A DNA stretch of 64,000 bases from Geosiphon pyriformis uo1 (taxonomy: Eukaryota; Fungi; Glomeromycota): NCBI GenBank assembly GCA_016748015.1, contig JAAOMT010000590.1, positions 801,912 to 865,911 of the forward strand, written 5' to 3'. Each line of letters begins with the position of its first letter. The stretch's first letter is position 1. Below the pieces are notes generated by a model that made no database searches, had not been told where the DNA came from, and worked only from the letters and a program-made list of their open reading frames with translations. A program made the position numbers and the translations under genes. This document shows positions 26,073-39,516 of the stretch, in pieces.

Positions 26073-28269
26073 CAGTATCTTCAAAAAGTAATGGCAGGAT
26101 AAATCTTGCAGCATATAATTCTTATTATGATCTAATTAGGTATTGTTAAGACATTTTAAGTAATAATTTGTATATATATACATTCTATGCTACTATTTTT
26201 ATTTTTTAAAACAAAATTGTTTTGATTAATAATATGTTTTATTTCTTACAATAAAATATAATCTTGTAAAATTCAATCATGAAATTATTAAAAAATTTTG
26301 ACAACAAAATTATTAAAATCCAATCAAAATATCTCAAAAAACTAATATTTTTTTTTATTTTTATAAACAATATATAAAACAACTTCATAAAAATGATCAA
26401 ATTTAAACAATTCATTATTCAGATCATTCATAAAAAACTTTACCAAAAATGTATTATTAGATTGAAAAAATTGAAATCACTTTACTACAGCAATTAAAAT
26501 TAAGACACAACTTGTAAAAACATATCTTAAGATTGAAATAAGTAAACAAACTATTCGTGATGAACTTTCTAGATTTGGTTATATAACTGTTTTACCAAAA
26601 CATATACCTTTACTTACTGAACAAGCCAAACAAAACTGATTAGTATGAGTTCAAAAACATTCTAATTATAATTAGCACAAAGTAGTATTTTCAGATAAAA
26701 CAACTTTACAAATGTTTTAAAATACTTGCTTGGCTTAGTTTTATTTGAGTAAACCTATTACACTAATAGTAAAACATTTATTTAAACTTCATATGTGAAA
26801 AGCAATTTGTGCATATGGAAAAGTTAGAATGTGCATTTTTACAAAAAATATGGACCAATATTTTTATTATAAAATTCTCAATAAAAATTTATATTACTGT
26901 TATGGTTTAAGAATTTAACAAAAAAATCATAAAATAATATAAATTATCCAATCATAATATAGCACAGTAATAATTCTAAAAAAGTAATAATTAACATAGT
27001 GGCAAACACTATTTCATAATAGTAACAAGCACTATTTTACAATAGTGGTCAACACCAACTAATAATAGTAGTAAACACCAAGTTAAGATATCAAAAAGAA
27101 AGTATTATAATGTGTTTTCTCATAGAATTACAAACATGTATATATACAATAGATTTAATATTAAAAAAGACAATAAAGTCATAAAACAAATCATAAAAAA
27201 CAAGTTATCAAACAATTTATTCAACAGTTCTACTTTAATTATCTTCTAGTCTTTACTTTTAAAATAAATATTTACAAAAATCTTTAATCAAAAAGAAATC
27301 AAAAAAAATATTAAAAACTGAATAATTACAACTCAAAGTATTAAGAAACTTACTTGTATTATTTATTAAATGAAATTATCATTCATTAGCTGAATTTTTT
27401 GGAAGAATAATCCCTAATCAAGATTATTCACATTGTTATTAATTGATAAAAGCTTTATTGTAAAAATTAAAAAAAGTGCTAAAGACTATTAACATTTTAT
27501 GTTTCTAGATTAGAGAAACACATTAGACAATTGCAAGAATAGCTTCAAAAAAAACCGTAAACAATGGATAGATTTCAGTTTAGCCTTTAAAAAAGAGTAC
27601 ATAAATACATATAACAATTAGGAATTGAGAAATAACTTACATTGTAACATTAAAAAAAAAGCCTTCAATATAACAGTAATATTATTATACAAATAAAATT
27701 AAGGAACTCACAAGAGACTGATTGTAATTAAAACAAGATATTGGCAATTAAATATACTAAAAAAACTATCTTATAATATTACAATACAATTAATATATAT
27801 GAATAACAATGTTAAATTTTCTAGCATAACAATAATCCAAAGCATACTTCAAAAAATGTTCATACATATCTTGAAATGCAATTGCTAAATCACATTTTCT
27901 CTTTGCTATTATATAGTTTAGATCTTAATCTAATTAAGAATATTTGGGCTATTCTTAAACAAAATGTTAAGAAAAAAGTCAAAACAATAATAGCACACAA
28001 AAAAAATATTTCTCAAGCAATTTTTATTATAATAGTAGAAAAAAAATGGAATAATCTGTTTAATAAAACTATTTTTAACTGTATTACTAGTATGCAAAAT
28101 TAAATTCAAGATTGTATTAGTATAAAAAAAAAACATATTAAATATTAATTTTTTATATATATATTCTTTACTTATATATCTATTAAATATTAAAATTTAA
28201 ACAGAAATTATTATGTATAAAAAAAATAAAAGTAAAAAAAATATCCACCATTACTTTTTGGAAAGACTA
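26073..28269 (+). mobile_element. Tc1/mariner DNA transposon relic with TIRs and TA target-site duplication
   Basis: Left TA|CAGTATCTTCAAAAAGTAATGGCAGGATA, right TATCCACCATTACTTTTTGGAAAGACTA|TA. Transposase relics ISKQTIRDELSRFG..KHIPLLTE, KVVFSDKTTLQMF (FSDE motif), NNNPKHTS (DNDPKH), YSLDLNLIKNIW (SPDLNPIENIW). Confidence 0.88.
26898..27809 (+). mobile_element. ~0.9-kb nested insertion inside the Tc1 transposase, possibly an LTR-retrotransposon gag fragment
   Basis: Interrupts the DDE domain between the first and second Asp motifs; begins TGTTAT and ends ATAACA; contains a decayed reading frame (..QWIDFSLAFKKEYI..). No clear TSD. Confidence 0.5.
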
Positions 28270-28849
28270 TAATATAAAAAAAATATAAAATAAGAAAAAA
28301 AAATTATTTATTGTTTATTATAAAACTATAATAAAAAGTTGGCTTAGTATAAAATTAATGCTTTTTTTAACTTACAAAAAAACTGTATATATAACTAAAT
28401 TATATAAAATCTACATATTATATTCAAACTACTTTAAGTATATTAAATATTTATATATATATTAAATAAATCAATTTAATTATAAATTTACTTGGTATAT
28501 TATTTTTTAAGAATTAATAATTTAGATAATTAGATTTAAACAATTAAATTTTGAATTTTGATTATATATTATTAATATTATTTGTAATTATAATCATATA
28601 ATCAGACATTAATTAATTAAATTTTTAATAATTATTTCTGAATAGTAATTACAAATCTGAAATATTAGATTATATAATTAAAAACAAATAAAAATCTTAA
28701 AGTATAATAAAGTCTATTGTTATTAAATTATATATGTTAATTTTTAATTTTTATTAATGTTTTTTAGTTTACTAAAAATTTTTTATATTTAATTTAAATT
28801 TTTAATTAAATTATATTATAATTTGATTATAATTAAGTTAATTATTAAT

Positions 28850-29790
28850 ATTTTATTTTTTTGTTATTGGTTAATATTTATTGAATTAACTTTAATAATA
28901 TAATTTTTTTACATAATTTTAATATTAATTTTTATAATATATTTTGTAATTTCTTGTATAAAAATACTGTTTTTTCTGAATTATAACACTAATATGTATT
29001 AATTAATAATAATATTATTATTATTAATACTTTACTATTATAATTTTTGTTTTTTTGAAAATTTTAAATTTAATTGTTTTAAAAATTAAAACTTTATATA
29101 AGTATTATATTTAATAAAAAATGACTGAATATTAATATTACTATAAATATTAAAGTTTAAATTATTTAATTTTAAATTATAAGATGTTTTTATTTCTTAC
29201 TTTTAAATTTTTTCTTAAATTTGTTAATAACTTTATAATTTTTAATTTATTTTTGTTAATACAGAGTTTTATATTAATGTTTTTACTTTTTTGGTTTCTT
29301 TTTTTGTTGGTTTTTTAACTGTTTGTTATTAATTTTGTAAATTAAATTTTTTGAAATTTCAGAATTTTAAGTTAATTGTTTTAATTAAGTTTATTATTAA
29401 ACTAATTAGTTTTTTGATTACTTTGGGTTTTTTTTGGCTGAAAATATGTACAAAATTTTTAAGTAAAAAAAGATTTGGTTTTTATAAGATGTATTATTAA
29501 GAGTTTTACTAATATTTTGGTTGGTTTATCTAAAAATTTTGTTAGTTTTAAGACTAAATTAGAATTTAATAATATAAATAAAAATAAATTAAATGCTTTT
29601 AAAACACTTTTTTAAGTAAATTAATTTTTAATTGTTTAATAACATTATAAAAAATAAGTAATTTTAATATTAGATACAGTATTAAAAAAAACTAAATAAT
29701 TGATCATATGTAAAAAGTACATAAGTTATATTTAGTTTAAAACACTAATAATTAGGCTTTATTTTATAATTTTTATTAAAAAAAAACAAT
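28850..29790 (+). mobile_element. 3' half of another ORF1-only family copy with the shared tail
   Basis: Tail TGATCATATGTAAAAAGTACATAAGTTATATTTAGTTTAA at 29701-29740 followed by an A-run. Confidence 0.55.
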
Positions 29791-30157
29791 TAAATCTCAT
29801 GTTTTTTTATATTAATTTTTTGATATTATAAAATAAACATATTATTAAATTAAAAATTTTATTTATTTTAACAATAAATAATAATATTATTTAAGTCAAA
29901 AAAAAATTTTATGCATTAAAAAAATTATATTTAACATAAAATTAATTATTTTAATTACAAAAATAAAATTTTAAATGTTAATTATTCAATTTTTTAATAT
30001 TTTATGTTTTACAAATTTTTTTATCTTTGATTATATTCTGGTAAATCTTTTAACTTTTACTTGTTATATACTAAAATAAAAACATTAATGCAAATATAAA
30101 AAATAAAATCGTCCACAACTAAAGATGTCGATAATGAAACTGATTTATACTATGTCG

Positions 30158-30192
30158 CAAAATTTTGATCACCAAGCCACTGATGACGTCAT
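30158..30192 (-). repeat. Right arm of ~30-bp inverted repeat, ~90 bp upstream of the RPB10 ATG
   Basis: TTTTGATCACCAAGCCACTGATGACGTCAT; reverse complement of 12574-12603 with 2 mismatches. Confidence 0.85.
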
Positions 30193-30279
30193 ATTGACTT
30201 TGGTTTTGTTATTGTTACTCGAAATAAGATTATATATAAAACCTTTGTCAATTCAAACATCTAAAATTCCCTTGTCAAA

Positions 30280-30692
30280 ATGATCATTCCAGTACGATGT
30301 TTCTCGTGTGGTAAGGTGATTGGAAACAAATGGGAAGAATATCAACAACTGCTAGCAAACGATTATACCGACAAGTGAGTTGAATTGAACATTGGATTCG
30401 CCATTTTAGTTGGTCTTAAATATGAAACAGCAACTTTCACTCGCCATTCTGTACATTTTTCAGTGAAGCAATGAATACAGTCGGTCTAAAACGCTATTGT
30501 TGTCGTCGAATGATTTTGACACACTCCGATTTAATCGAAAAGCTATTGCAGTATAATCGTAAGTGCCATACTACTATTACGCTAAAGCTTTTAACTTTTT
30601 TGCGTTATTAACGCCCTATTTCTCTTTACTATTGAATGATAGCCCAAGAAAGATCTCGTGAACAATATCGTTCTCAATTTCGTCGTATTTGA
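30280..30692 (+). CDS. RPB10: RNA polymerases I, II and III shared subunit RPABC5, three exons
   Basis: [21 protein letters not shown]../[47 protein letters not shown]. Missed by the ORF track because the exons are short. Confidence 0.96.
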
Positions 30693-31004
30693 GCTTTGTT
30701 CCAACTTAAAAGAAATGGCTCGGTCAATAAGTGACAATTTAATAGTTAATTTTTCCTAAGCCATCCTTTCCATATTAATCTCATTCTTTTAAGCTAGTAT
30801 ACAGATTTCATGTTTGAAGCATAGTTATATAACGTGCAAAAATCTTTTTCACGGATAATATGTTTCCAAGTTGTTTAAATTCAATTAATTTATAATTCAA
30901 TGTTCCAAAGTATTCATATTGTACACAAATTTAGCTTGAGACGTTCTTGAAACATCCCGCTTTAAATTATCTCATGGAAAGAATATCGGAGAATCCTGAG
31001 CTGC

Positions 31005-32562
31005 TCAGCAAGTCTTTATAAGATGTCGGCAGAAGTACAGTGTCATTTGTTGAAGATTGTGGTTCCACCCCGTTCCCGTTTAGAGGGGAACCTAGGGCAC
31101 CAAGGTTTGCTAATCGGTCAGCTTCTTCATTACCATGAATTCCAACATGGGCTTCAACATAAGTCTACAAATCCAAATTTTTAGCATTAAAACTCTGAAT
31201 ATAAGAGCAACACAAGTGATAAAGGATCACTATGCTCACAATTTTGACTTTTCCAGTTCTAGCCCTAATAAGTCCCATCAATTGTTCAAACAGATCCTTA
31301 TTTTCAACAATATGATCTTTCCTTGTACTTTCACTACTTTCCTCATTCTTCTTACGGGTTTTACTTTTCTCACTTTTGCCACTCTTTGCACTCCTCGCAA
31401 GCTTCCACCCATTTTTCTCCCATTTAGGTATCCACAATTCAATTGCTATTGTATATTATGAATGAGTATCATCGTGAATAACATAAAAGTGCCTCAACTA
31501 GCTAAATTGATATATTTACCTTTTTTCAAATATTGACTATCTGTCTTGATCTCCAATGATGAATAATTGTTCGGACAAGTTTCTAAAGCGCGTATTGCAG
31601 CCTTCAAAAGGGAAAAAGATTATTAAAGTAAAAATTAAGAAATAAAGGTGAAAACCCTTTACCGTTATTTCAGCCCGGTTATTTGTTTGCCTCGAACCAG
31701 GCAGCGGCTCGCTTACATTTCTATGATGTACATAATAATATAAGTCTGTTAGACTGTTAGACGTAAAACTCTCGAGAACAAATACGTATTTTGGGGTTTG
31801 ATTTAGAATTTTATACATAACACACCTTGGGTCATTGTCTCCCCAAAATACTCCCACACCTGCACGAGCACCAAATTGTCCGTTGCTACGAGAACATCCA
31901 TCAGTGTAAACCGTCAATTTTTCAATTTGATCAGCTTTTTCAGACTTTATAAAAGAAATTAAATGGGGTTAGTTCGATTGAATAATGGTGAAAACCTTAC
32001 TCTTAACTGACCTCTAGAATGGGACAGCAAGTTACGAATTTTTTGATGAATTAGTAGTAATATTCAATAAATTATGTGTAGATGAGAAAAGCGAACCTGG
32101 AAAGTCTTGAACTTTATCAGAATCATCATTCGAAATCTCCTCTCCAGTGGTAACACTCGATGAAAGGGTAGAATCTTTCAAAGGTGAAACTGAGGTCTCG
32201 TCTACTTGAAAGAAAATCAAAAAAGAGGTTAAAAAAATCCGATGCTTTGGAAGGAATCCGAGATTAACTGGCTCACCAGTTTTTCGTTCACTTTGAGGCA
32301 ATGAAACACAGTAATCAGCTCCAAACATAAAGTTCTCCGCTTCTTTCCTAGTATAAAACTTTTTGTAGCTTGCATTTTTGAATTTTCCTACTTGTTGTTG
32401 ACAGTCATCCCTGCGTGTAGAAGAAAAAGAAATTTTAGCTTTTTTACTAAACTGTTTTTTAATTAAATTAAAATATAATCACATACTTTACCAAGTCAAA
32501 TAAATTCCGGGTTCTCGTCCGGTTCGTACTGCATAAAAGGAAGGTTTCTTGACTTTGGGCAT
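31005..32562 (-). CDS. RNH1: Ribonuclease H1 (N-terminal hybrid-binding domain plus RNase H catalytic domain)
   Basis: FYAVRTGREPGIYLTW/DDCQQQVGKFKNASYKKF; VYTDGCSRSNG..AGVGVFWG; QTNNRAEI; IKTDSQY; WIPKWEKNGWK; VENKDL; YVEAHVGIHGNEEADRLA. Confidence 0.94.
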
Positions 32563-33350
32563 GGTTATCAGAGAAAAGACCGAATTGGTGTTATACGAAT
32601 TAATTTGTGTGAAAATAAAAATTTGCCACAATTGCACGAGCCACACTGAGTAATATATCATGTGAAAAACAATCACCTTCATTTTCAACCTCTTCAGACC
32701 CGCCGGGGCGTGGTTTTTGTTCTGGTCTAGTAGGCGGTAAAACCAAAATAAATTGAAATTGATAAATAAACAAAATGGATTAGAAAAGTGCAATTAACTT
32801 GGATGAAGATAATCTGGTGTGTATCCGTGTTGTGTGAACCGAATCATGGTGAAAATTGGTTAGGCGAGTTAAAGAAAAAATTGTAGATGGTTCAGAGGTA
32901 AAAAACATGTTCAATTGTCCGTATTGCCAATTGTAAGATAGTTTGGATTTAAGAAATTTTGAAAGGTTAAGAAAGACCATAATAATATATAAAAATTAAT
33001 GTCTATAACCCAAATTTTTGGCCTTTCAAAAATATATTTAGGATAAAAATTGAATTCCGTGAATTATTAACATTCAAAGATCAGGCGATTCAATCCAAAT
33101 GGAAAAAAAAAGGAAGGAAAAAACGGGAAGGATATTGAGAAATTTATTTTAGAATTTTAAGTTGGAATTAAGACTATATATATAATGTTTTCATGATGAC
33201 TCTGAACTGACCCACAAATGGTTAAATTAATGGTTTATCATATTAGAGTTTTCGACATTTGTTCTTTTAACCGATGAAAAGATTGTTGTTTAATTTAATT
33301 AATTTATTTTCACAATATAAATTAAATTTTTATTTTATTTTTAAAAAAAA

Positions 33351-33530
33351 TTATTTAAATTTATATTATTATGTATATAAAAGACTTATTTAATTTATAT
33401 TATTATGTATATAAAAGACTTATTTAATTTATATTATTATGTATATATAAGACTTATTTAATTTATATTATTATGTATATAAAAGACTTATTTAATTTAT
33501 ATTATTATGTATATAAAAGACTTATTTAAT
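33351..33530. repeat. 34-bp minisatellite, ~5 copies
   Basis: Unit TTATTTAATTTATATTATTATGTATATAAAAGAC repeated almost perfectly. Confidence 0.92.
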
Positions 33531-35366
33531 TTGATTTATTCAAGTTATTAAAAGATTACATATTTTTGATTTGAAATAGAATTTTTCCATATTTATTAAG
33601 TTTTAAATATTAAAAATCAAAGTTATTTACAAAATTTCAGTTTTTATAAAATACTTAAGTTAAATTAATGCTCTTTTAAAAGACTATTTCCAAAATTTAT
33701 TGTCAATTAAAATATTATAAATTTAAAATTTCTAATTATTTTAAACTAAAAGATGTTATCTTTTAACAATAATTAAAATTTATTTGTTTTTCAACTTTTA
33801 TTTTATTTTATACTAATAATAATAATAATAACAACAACAATATATAATATAAAAATCTTTTTTTGAAAAAAAAGTATATTAAAAGTTTTTTTAATTAAGG
33901 CTTAATTTTCAATATAATATGATAAACTATTTAAAAAATTGTTATTTCTAATAATATAAATTTATATTAAATAAAAATAACTAGCTATTAAAAATATTTA
34001 TAATAAAATAAAACTTGAAAATAAATAATTTAATTTCAAGAAAGTTCTTTGTATTAATTGGCTTTTTGTAAAATTTTAATTTATTTATAATAATTTTTAC
34101 ATAATTAAATACATAACAGTATAAGAAACATAATAGCTAAATAAATTTAAAGTTATATTTTTAAAAGCTTATTAATATATATATTAGAAAATTTTCATAT
34201 GGCTTTAAATTCTGTATTTTTAAAATTTTATAAAAATATTTGAATGTACACAATAATAAAAAATTTAATAAGTTAATAAAAACTCATATATTTTTTTACT
34301 TTAAAAAATTTCTGATTTTTGAAATTTCAAAAACTTAATTAAGTTATGTAAACAAGTTAAAAATTTATTGAAAATCAATAATACAAATTACTTGGAATAA
34401 TTTAATTTTTATAACAAGAAGCTAATTAGTTATAATGTTATTTGAAAAAAAAATTAAAACAATATTAAAAGTTATAGTAATTCAATTTGTGTATCATAAA
34501 GCAAGAATTATTAAAAATATTCATGTTTTAACAAATATGAAATTAAACTAAATACAGTATTTTCTCGCAAAATTTTTATTAAAATAAATAATTTCAGAAA
34601 AAATTCTAATAATAATAATAATAATAATAAATAAATTATAAATTATAATTAATGATAATTATAATGCATTTAAGTATTAAAAATTTTAAAATTTAAAACT
34701 CAAATTAACATATTAAGAATTATTTTTTATTTTCAAACAAAAATTTTGATAAAAACAGAATATTAACTCTCTGTTTCGGATATACAATTTAATTGTTTTT
34801 TGAAAGTTTTTGGTTGTTGCATTTTTCTGATGATAAAATAACTGAAAAAAACTTGACATATGTATATCTATTTTTCGGCTTTTTGAAGTTACTAATAATA
34901 TTATGCATTTATAATTCTCTTTTCAAATACTTTTTAAGATTTAGCCATCTTATTTTTTCACTCTATTTTTTATTTGTAGTATTTTTTTAAAAAAATTCTT
35001 TTGCTTTTGTCATTTTTTAAACAAATTTCAATATTAAATTGTCTTTAAAATAGCATTATTTAACTGTTTTTTGTAAAATTTTTGACCAAAATAATATTCA
35101 TTTTTTAAATTTTATTATTATTATTATTATTATTTTTTAACATTAATATCTTATTAATGTAACATTATTTTAATAAAATTTTTTCAATTGTTAATTATAA
35201 TATTAATGTAATATATATATATAATTTGATAAAAATTTTAAATAATTTGTTTTAATTAAAATAATAACGAGTGGCTGATCACGCGTAGTTTATTGCGCGA
35301 TCCACACGATAATTGTGTTATACGAAAATAGTTGGTGGTTAAATTACGCCAGGGTAGCAATAATAA

Positions 35367-35399
<33 letters not shown>

Positions 35400-36053
35400 C
35401 CATTTGTTAATTTTTATAAAATATTAAAAATTTTTAATTACTTTGTTGTTTTTTGATAATTGTTTTTAACTTTAAAATGTGATTTTCTATAAAAATATAT
35501 TTAGATTTTTTAATCTATTTTAAAATTATAAATATAAAACAATTGAGAATTATTTAAACTATATATACTAAACAACATGAAATTAGAATATAAATTAAAT
35601 TTAAATAATGTTTTATTAATTTAATTTTGTCTATTATTCACATAAATTTGAAATTTATGCTTTTTTATGGATAATTAACCTTTTTTTTTTAAATTTTTGA
35701 CAAAACAACTAAATATGCAAATTATAAATTATATTTATTCAAAAAATTGATTTTTCAAGAAATTAATTAATATAAAAAATAAAAATATTATAAAAATTGT
35801 AAAATTAAGAAGTAAATAGACAAATACATTTAGATGAATGCTGGAATTTATTTTTTGTGCAAAGCAAGGAATCCAATTTATCATTTTCACTTTTGATTGA
35901 TGTTTGATGTGATCATGACCAAAGTTTTAACGCCCAAAGAAACACACACCCAGTGGAACGTGTTTTAATTTCTACTCACTACAGCTGTATGGCTTGTCCA
36001 GCTTTAGAAAATTTTCCTCTTTCCTCTTTCCTCTTTTACAGCAGTTTTCGTCA

Positions 36054-38576
36054 ATGACCTATAACATTCGCATCAAGCCATTTTACACGGGTATCCGTTA
36101 TATTACCTTACTTCTGCCTATGCTACGCCCTTTAAATGGCATTCCCACTTCAAATCACCAAGAGCTCAATTCCCTTTCTGTCCAGGGTGGTGGGGAGTCA
36201 CTGCCATATTTGATTAAAGAAGAGCTAATAACGGCTGAAATTGGAACTAGATTACTAGCAATTGTAGTGCTGGTCATTCTGGGTGGTATTTTCGCTGGTG
36301 TGTAAGGCCTACTCCATTTTTTTTTAAAAAAAAATTAAAAGTCTATCATATTCACTTCAATTATACAAAGCTATAAGTTTACAAAATACATTGCATCTCC
36401 ATCAGGCCTTACAATAGGTTTAATGGGACTTGATGAAACTAATCTACAAGTACTGGTCGTGGCGGGTGAACCTGATGAAAGAAAACATGCACAAAAAGTG
36501 TTACAACTTATGCAACGTGGAAAACATTGGGTCTTGGTCACACTTCTACTTTCTAATGTAATTGTGAACGAGACTTTACCTATCATCATGGATTCAGTTT
36601 ATGGTGGTGGTTGGCTAGCTATCATGTTATCCACCGCATTGATTGTGCTATTTGGGGAGTATGTTTCATTTTTATCTTTATCTGATGAACTAATTAAGCA
36701 TAAAGATTCTGCACCTTGCTTTATTATGATATAATTAGGAATCAGTGCCTTTGTTATGAAGTGTTATAAACCATTATTCTACTATCTGTTTTAAGCGAGC
36801 ATTTGATCATTAATCCTTTTTTAATTTACTGGTTTTTAGAATCATTCCTCAAGGTTTGTGACTGTCTTCGAGTATCTACACCGAATTTATGCAAACCAAT
36901 AAATCGGATCTGTTTCTACTTCGATTTCAGCGATTTGTGTCAGACATGGTCTTGGGATTGGAGCCGGTTGTTCATGGTAAATGAATCAAACTATTATTTC
37001 TGCAATATTCAATCAGTTTTCTTAATCTTAATCTTTTTTCTCAGGTTTGTCTTGTGTTTAATGTATATAATGTATCCCATAGCTCATCCGATTGCCGATT
37101 TATTGGATTACTTTTTGGGAGAACATCATGGAACAATGTACCGAAAATCCGGTAATGTTCCGGTCGGCCAATTTCGTTTTATTCTACCGAGATGTCAAAT
37201 AACCTGATGTATACATATTGAAAATAGAATTGAAAACCTTCGTATCTCTCCATAAAAATGGTGGGATCGAAAGTCTGAATGAAGATGAGGTCACAATTAT
37301 TGGAGCCGTATTAGAGCTTCGCGAAAAACCAGTTTCATCTATAATGACCCCGATTGCAGATGTATATACGTTGAGCGCAGATCATATTCTTGATCAAAAA
37401 ACAATAAATGAGGTTTCTTGTGTTTCTTTGTTAAACAACTTATTTTTGGACTTTACTTAAATTCAGCGTAACTTCCCAGATCTCTACGGCAGGTTATTCA
37501 CGTATTCCTATTTATGAGCGACCTCATCCAACAAACTTCATTGGAATCCTACTGGTCAAAAAACTCATTTCCTATGATCCGGAAGATGCCTTACCAGTAA
37601 GAGATTTTGCCTTGGGCTCCCTCCCCGAGACATCACCAGATACAAGTTGTCTAGACATTTTAAATTTTTTCCAAGAAGGAAGAAGTAAACTATTTTTCAT
37701 TAAAATCTTTCTAATTTATCACTCGCTTACTCTTGATGGTTCTTCCTTAGGTCATATGGTTCTTGTATCCGACGATCCTGGTGGTGAGGGAGGCGCGCTT
37801 GGTGTATTAACTCTTGAAGATGTAATTGAAGAATTGATTGGAGAGGTAATTTTAAAAAAAAGTGATAATTTGTACTTCAGTGACTCAATTTCTCGATTTT
37901 TATCCTTATATTTTTATAATAGGAAATCATTGACGAAACAGACGTATATGTTGATGGTATTTTTTCAACTTTCCATGCTTTTACTTTTATAATCACTTTT
38001 AAATGCAAAAATTTACTCATTTTGTGAATACACTTAGTTCATAATAAAGTTAAAGTTGTCCGAAGACCTCCACGTCACATTAGACCGAGACCTTACCCTA
38101 TGTTTACTAAGCATCGCACAAGTTCTCACCTTGTGGGTCACCCCAATCACACTTTAGTGCAGCGTACCTCCAACGATGGATTAGGAAAACAGAATTTAAC
38201 GATTCACAGCGACAACGAATCAACTGATAGTTTGAACTATCTAAAGCCTTCTGAAACCAAAGATGACAGAAGAGCAAAGTCTGCCAAACTGTTCATAAAG
38301 CTCTCACCTTCCAATGAAGGTTACGATAAAAAGAATGGAAGAAGCGAAGACACTTCACAAGTGGCAGATACATCAATGTTGAATAAAAACTATGGTTCAA
38401 CTGAAGAGAGTAAAAGCATAGTTAACCCAACGAGTACTATTCGACATTCCAAGAACCTTGACATGAATGAATCTAAAAAGCACAAAGGCAAAAGGCTACC
38501 AGATCATGAGGACAATTATCAAAGGGGAGCTGTTGCAAAAAAAATGGAAGAGGAGCTATTGCTGAAAAAATCTTAG
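36054..38576 (+). CDS. MAM3: CNNM/DUF21-CBS metal (Mg2+) transporter, Mam3-like, multi-exon
   Basis: [105 protein letters not shown]. Confidence 0.92.
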
Positions 38577-38761
38577 ACTTTCTCTGAATATTCAAAGCCA
38601 ATATTGACTGATAAATTGGAGTTTATTTCAGGCATCAATAATTTATTTATACCCACTATTTTATTATCTCTATTTCGGTATTTTCTCAAGTAGGCTAATA
38701 TATTTCAGGAATTTTACTAATGGTTATTTCGATAAATAAATAAATTTGGTTGAACAATCAT

Positions 38762-39516
38762 CTACTTGATTGTAATGCGCTGGGGTTGGAAATCCGCTTG
38801 GCGAGGGATTGTTAAAACTAGAATACCATCTTGGTATTGGGCATCGATAGAATCAGTTTTATAACCGGGTGGGATGGTAACACTTCTTTGAAATTTTCCG
38901 GTCCTGCGTTCTTTGCGAACTATATTATGTCCAGAGAGATGCTTATGTTGTGAATATTCTCCACTAATTACCAATTCATTTCCATGGACCTCGAGCTAAA
39001 TCGAAAGAAGTTGATATCACAATTGACTCATTAAAAAATCCTTTTAAATGTAATAAAAACTCAATTAAGCGATCATACTTGGACATTTTCTTTTGGAATA
39101 CCAGCAAGTTCGACGTGTGCAATCCATTCTCCCTCGGCTTCGTAACTATTGGTATCATACCCAAAAGTTAAGATTATTTGCCAAAAAAATGTCACACATT
39201 ACACCAAAGGAAACTTACATATCAATGGGAGGGTTGTTGCTGACGCTACTACCACCAAAAGTTGAACTAATAAGGTTTGTTCCAAACCCTCGAGAACCTG
39301 AACCGGACCCTCCTAATTGAGAGCGGAAATCGGATGCTAAATCATTAAACTATGAAATCATGGTGAATTCTATTAATTGATTAAACTAAAAACCCAAAGA
39401 ATGTTGATTACTCGATTTTTAATAGTTAAAAATTTTACCAGGCCACGAAATTGTCGCTCATATTTACTAATGATTGGATGATCTCCATCTTCATTGGTAT
39501 TAGTTTTTGAAGACAT
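38762..39516 (-). CDS. Small heat-shock protein (HSP20/alpha-crystallin domain), four exons
   Basis: PPIDM/YDT..WIAHVELAGIPKENVQ/LEVHGNELVISGE..RKERRTGKFQRSVTIP..IDAQYQDGILVLTIPR..RITIK. Confidence 0.92.

Noticed and set aside
33351-33530. CRISPR array
   Set aside because: Head-to-tail repeats with no unique spacers, in a eukaryotic context.
38976-39164. Apparent stop or frameshift in HSP20
   Set aside because: Resolved by an intron ending TTTAG before CTC GAG GTC CAT (LEVH); the gene looks intact.
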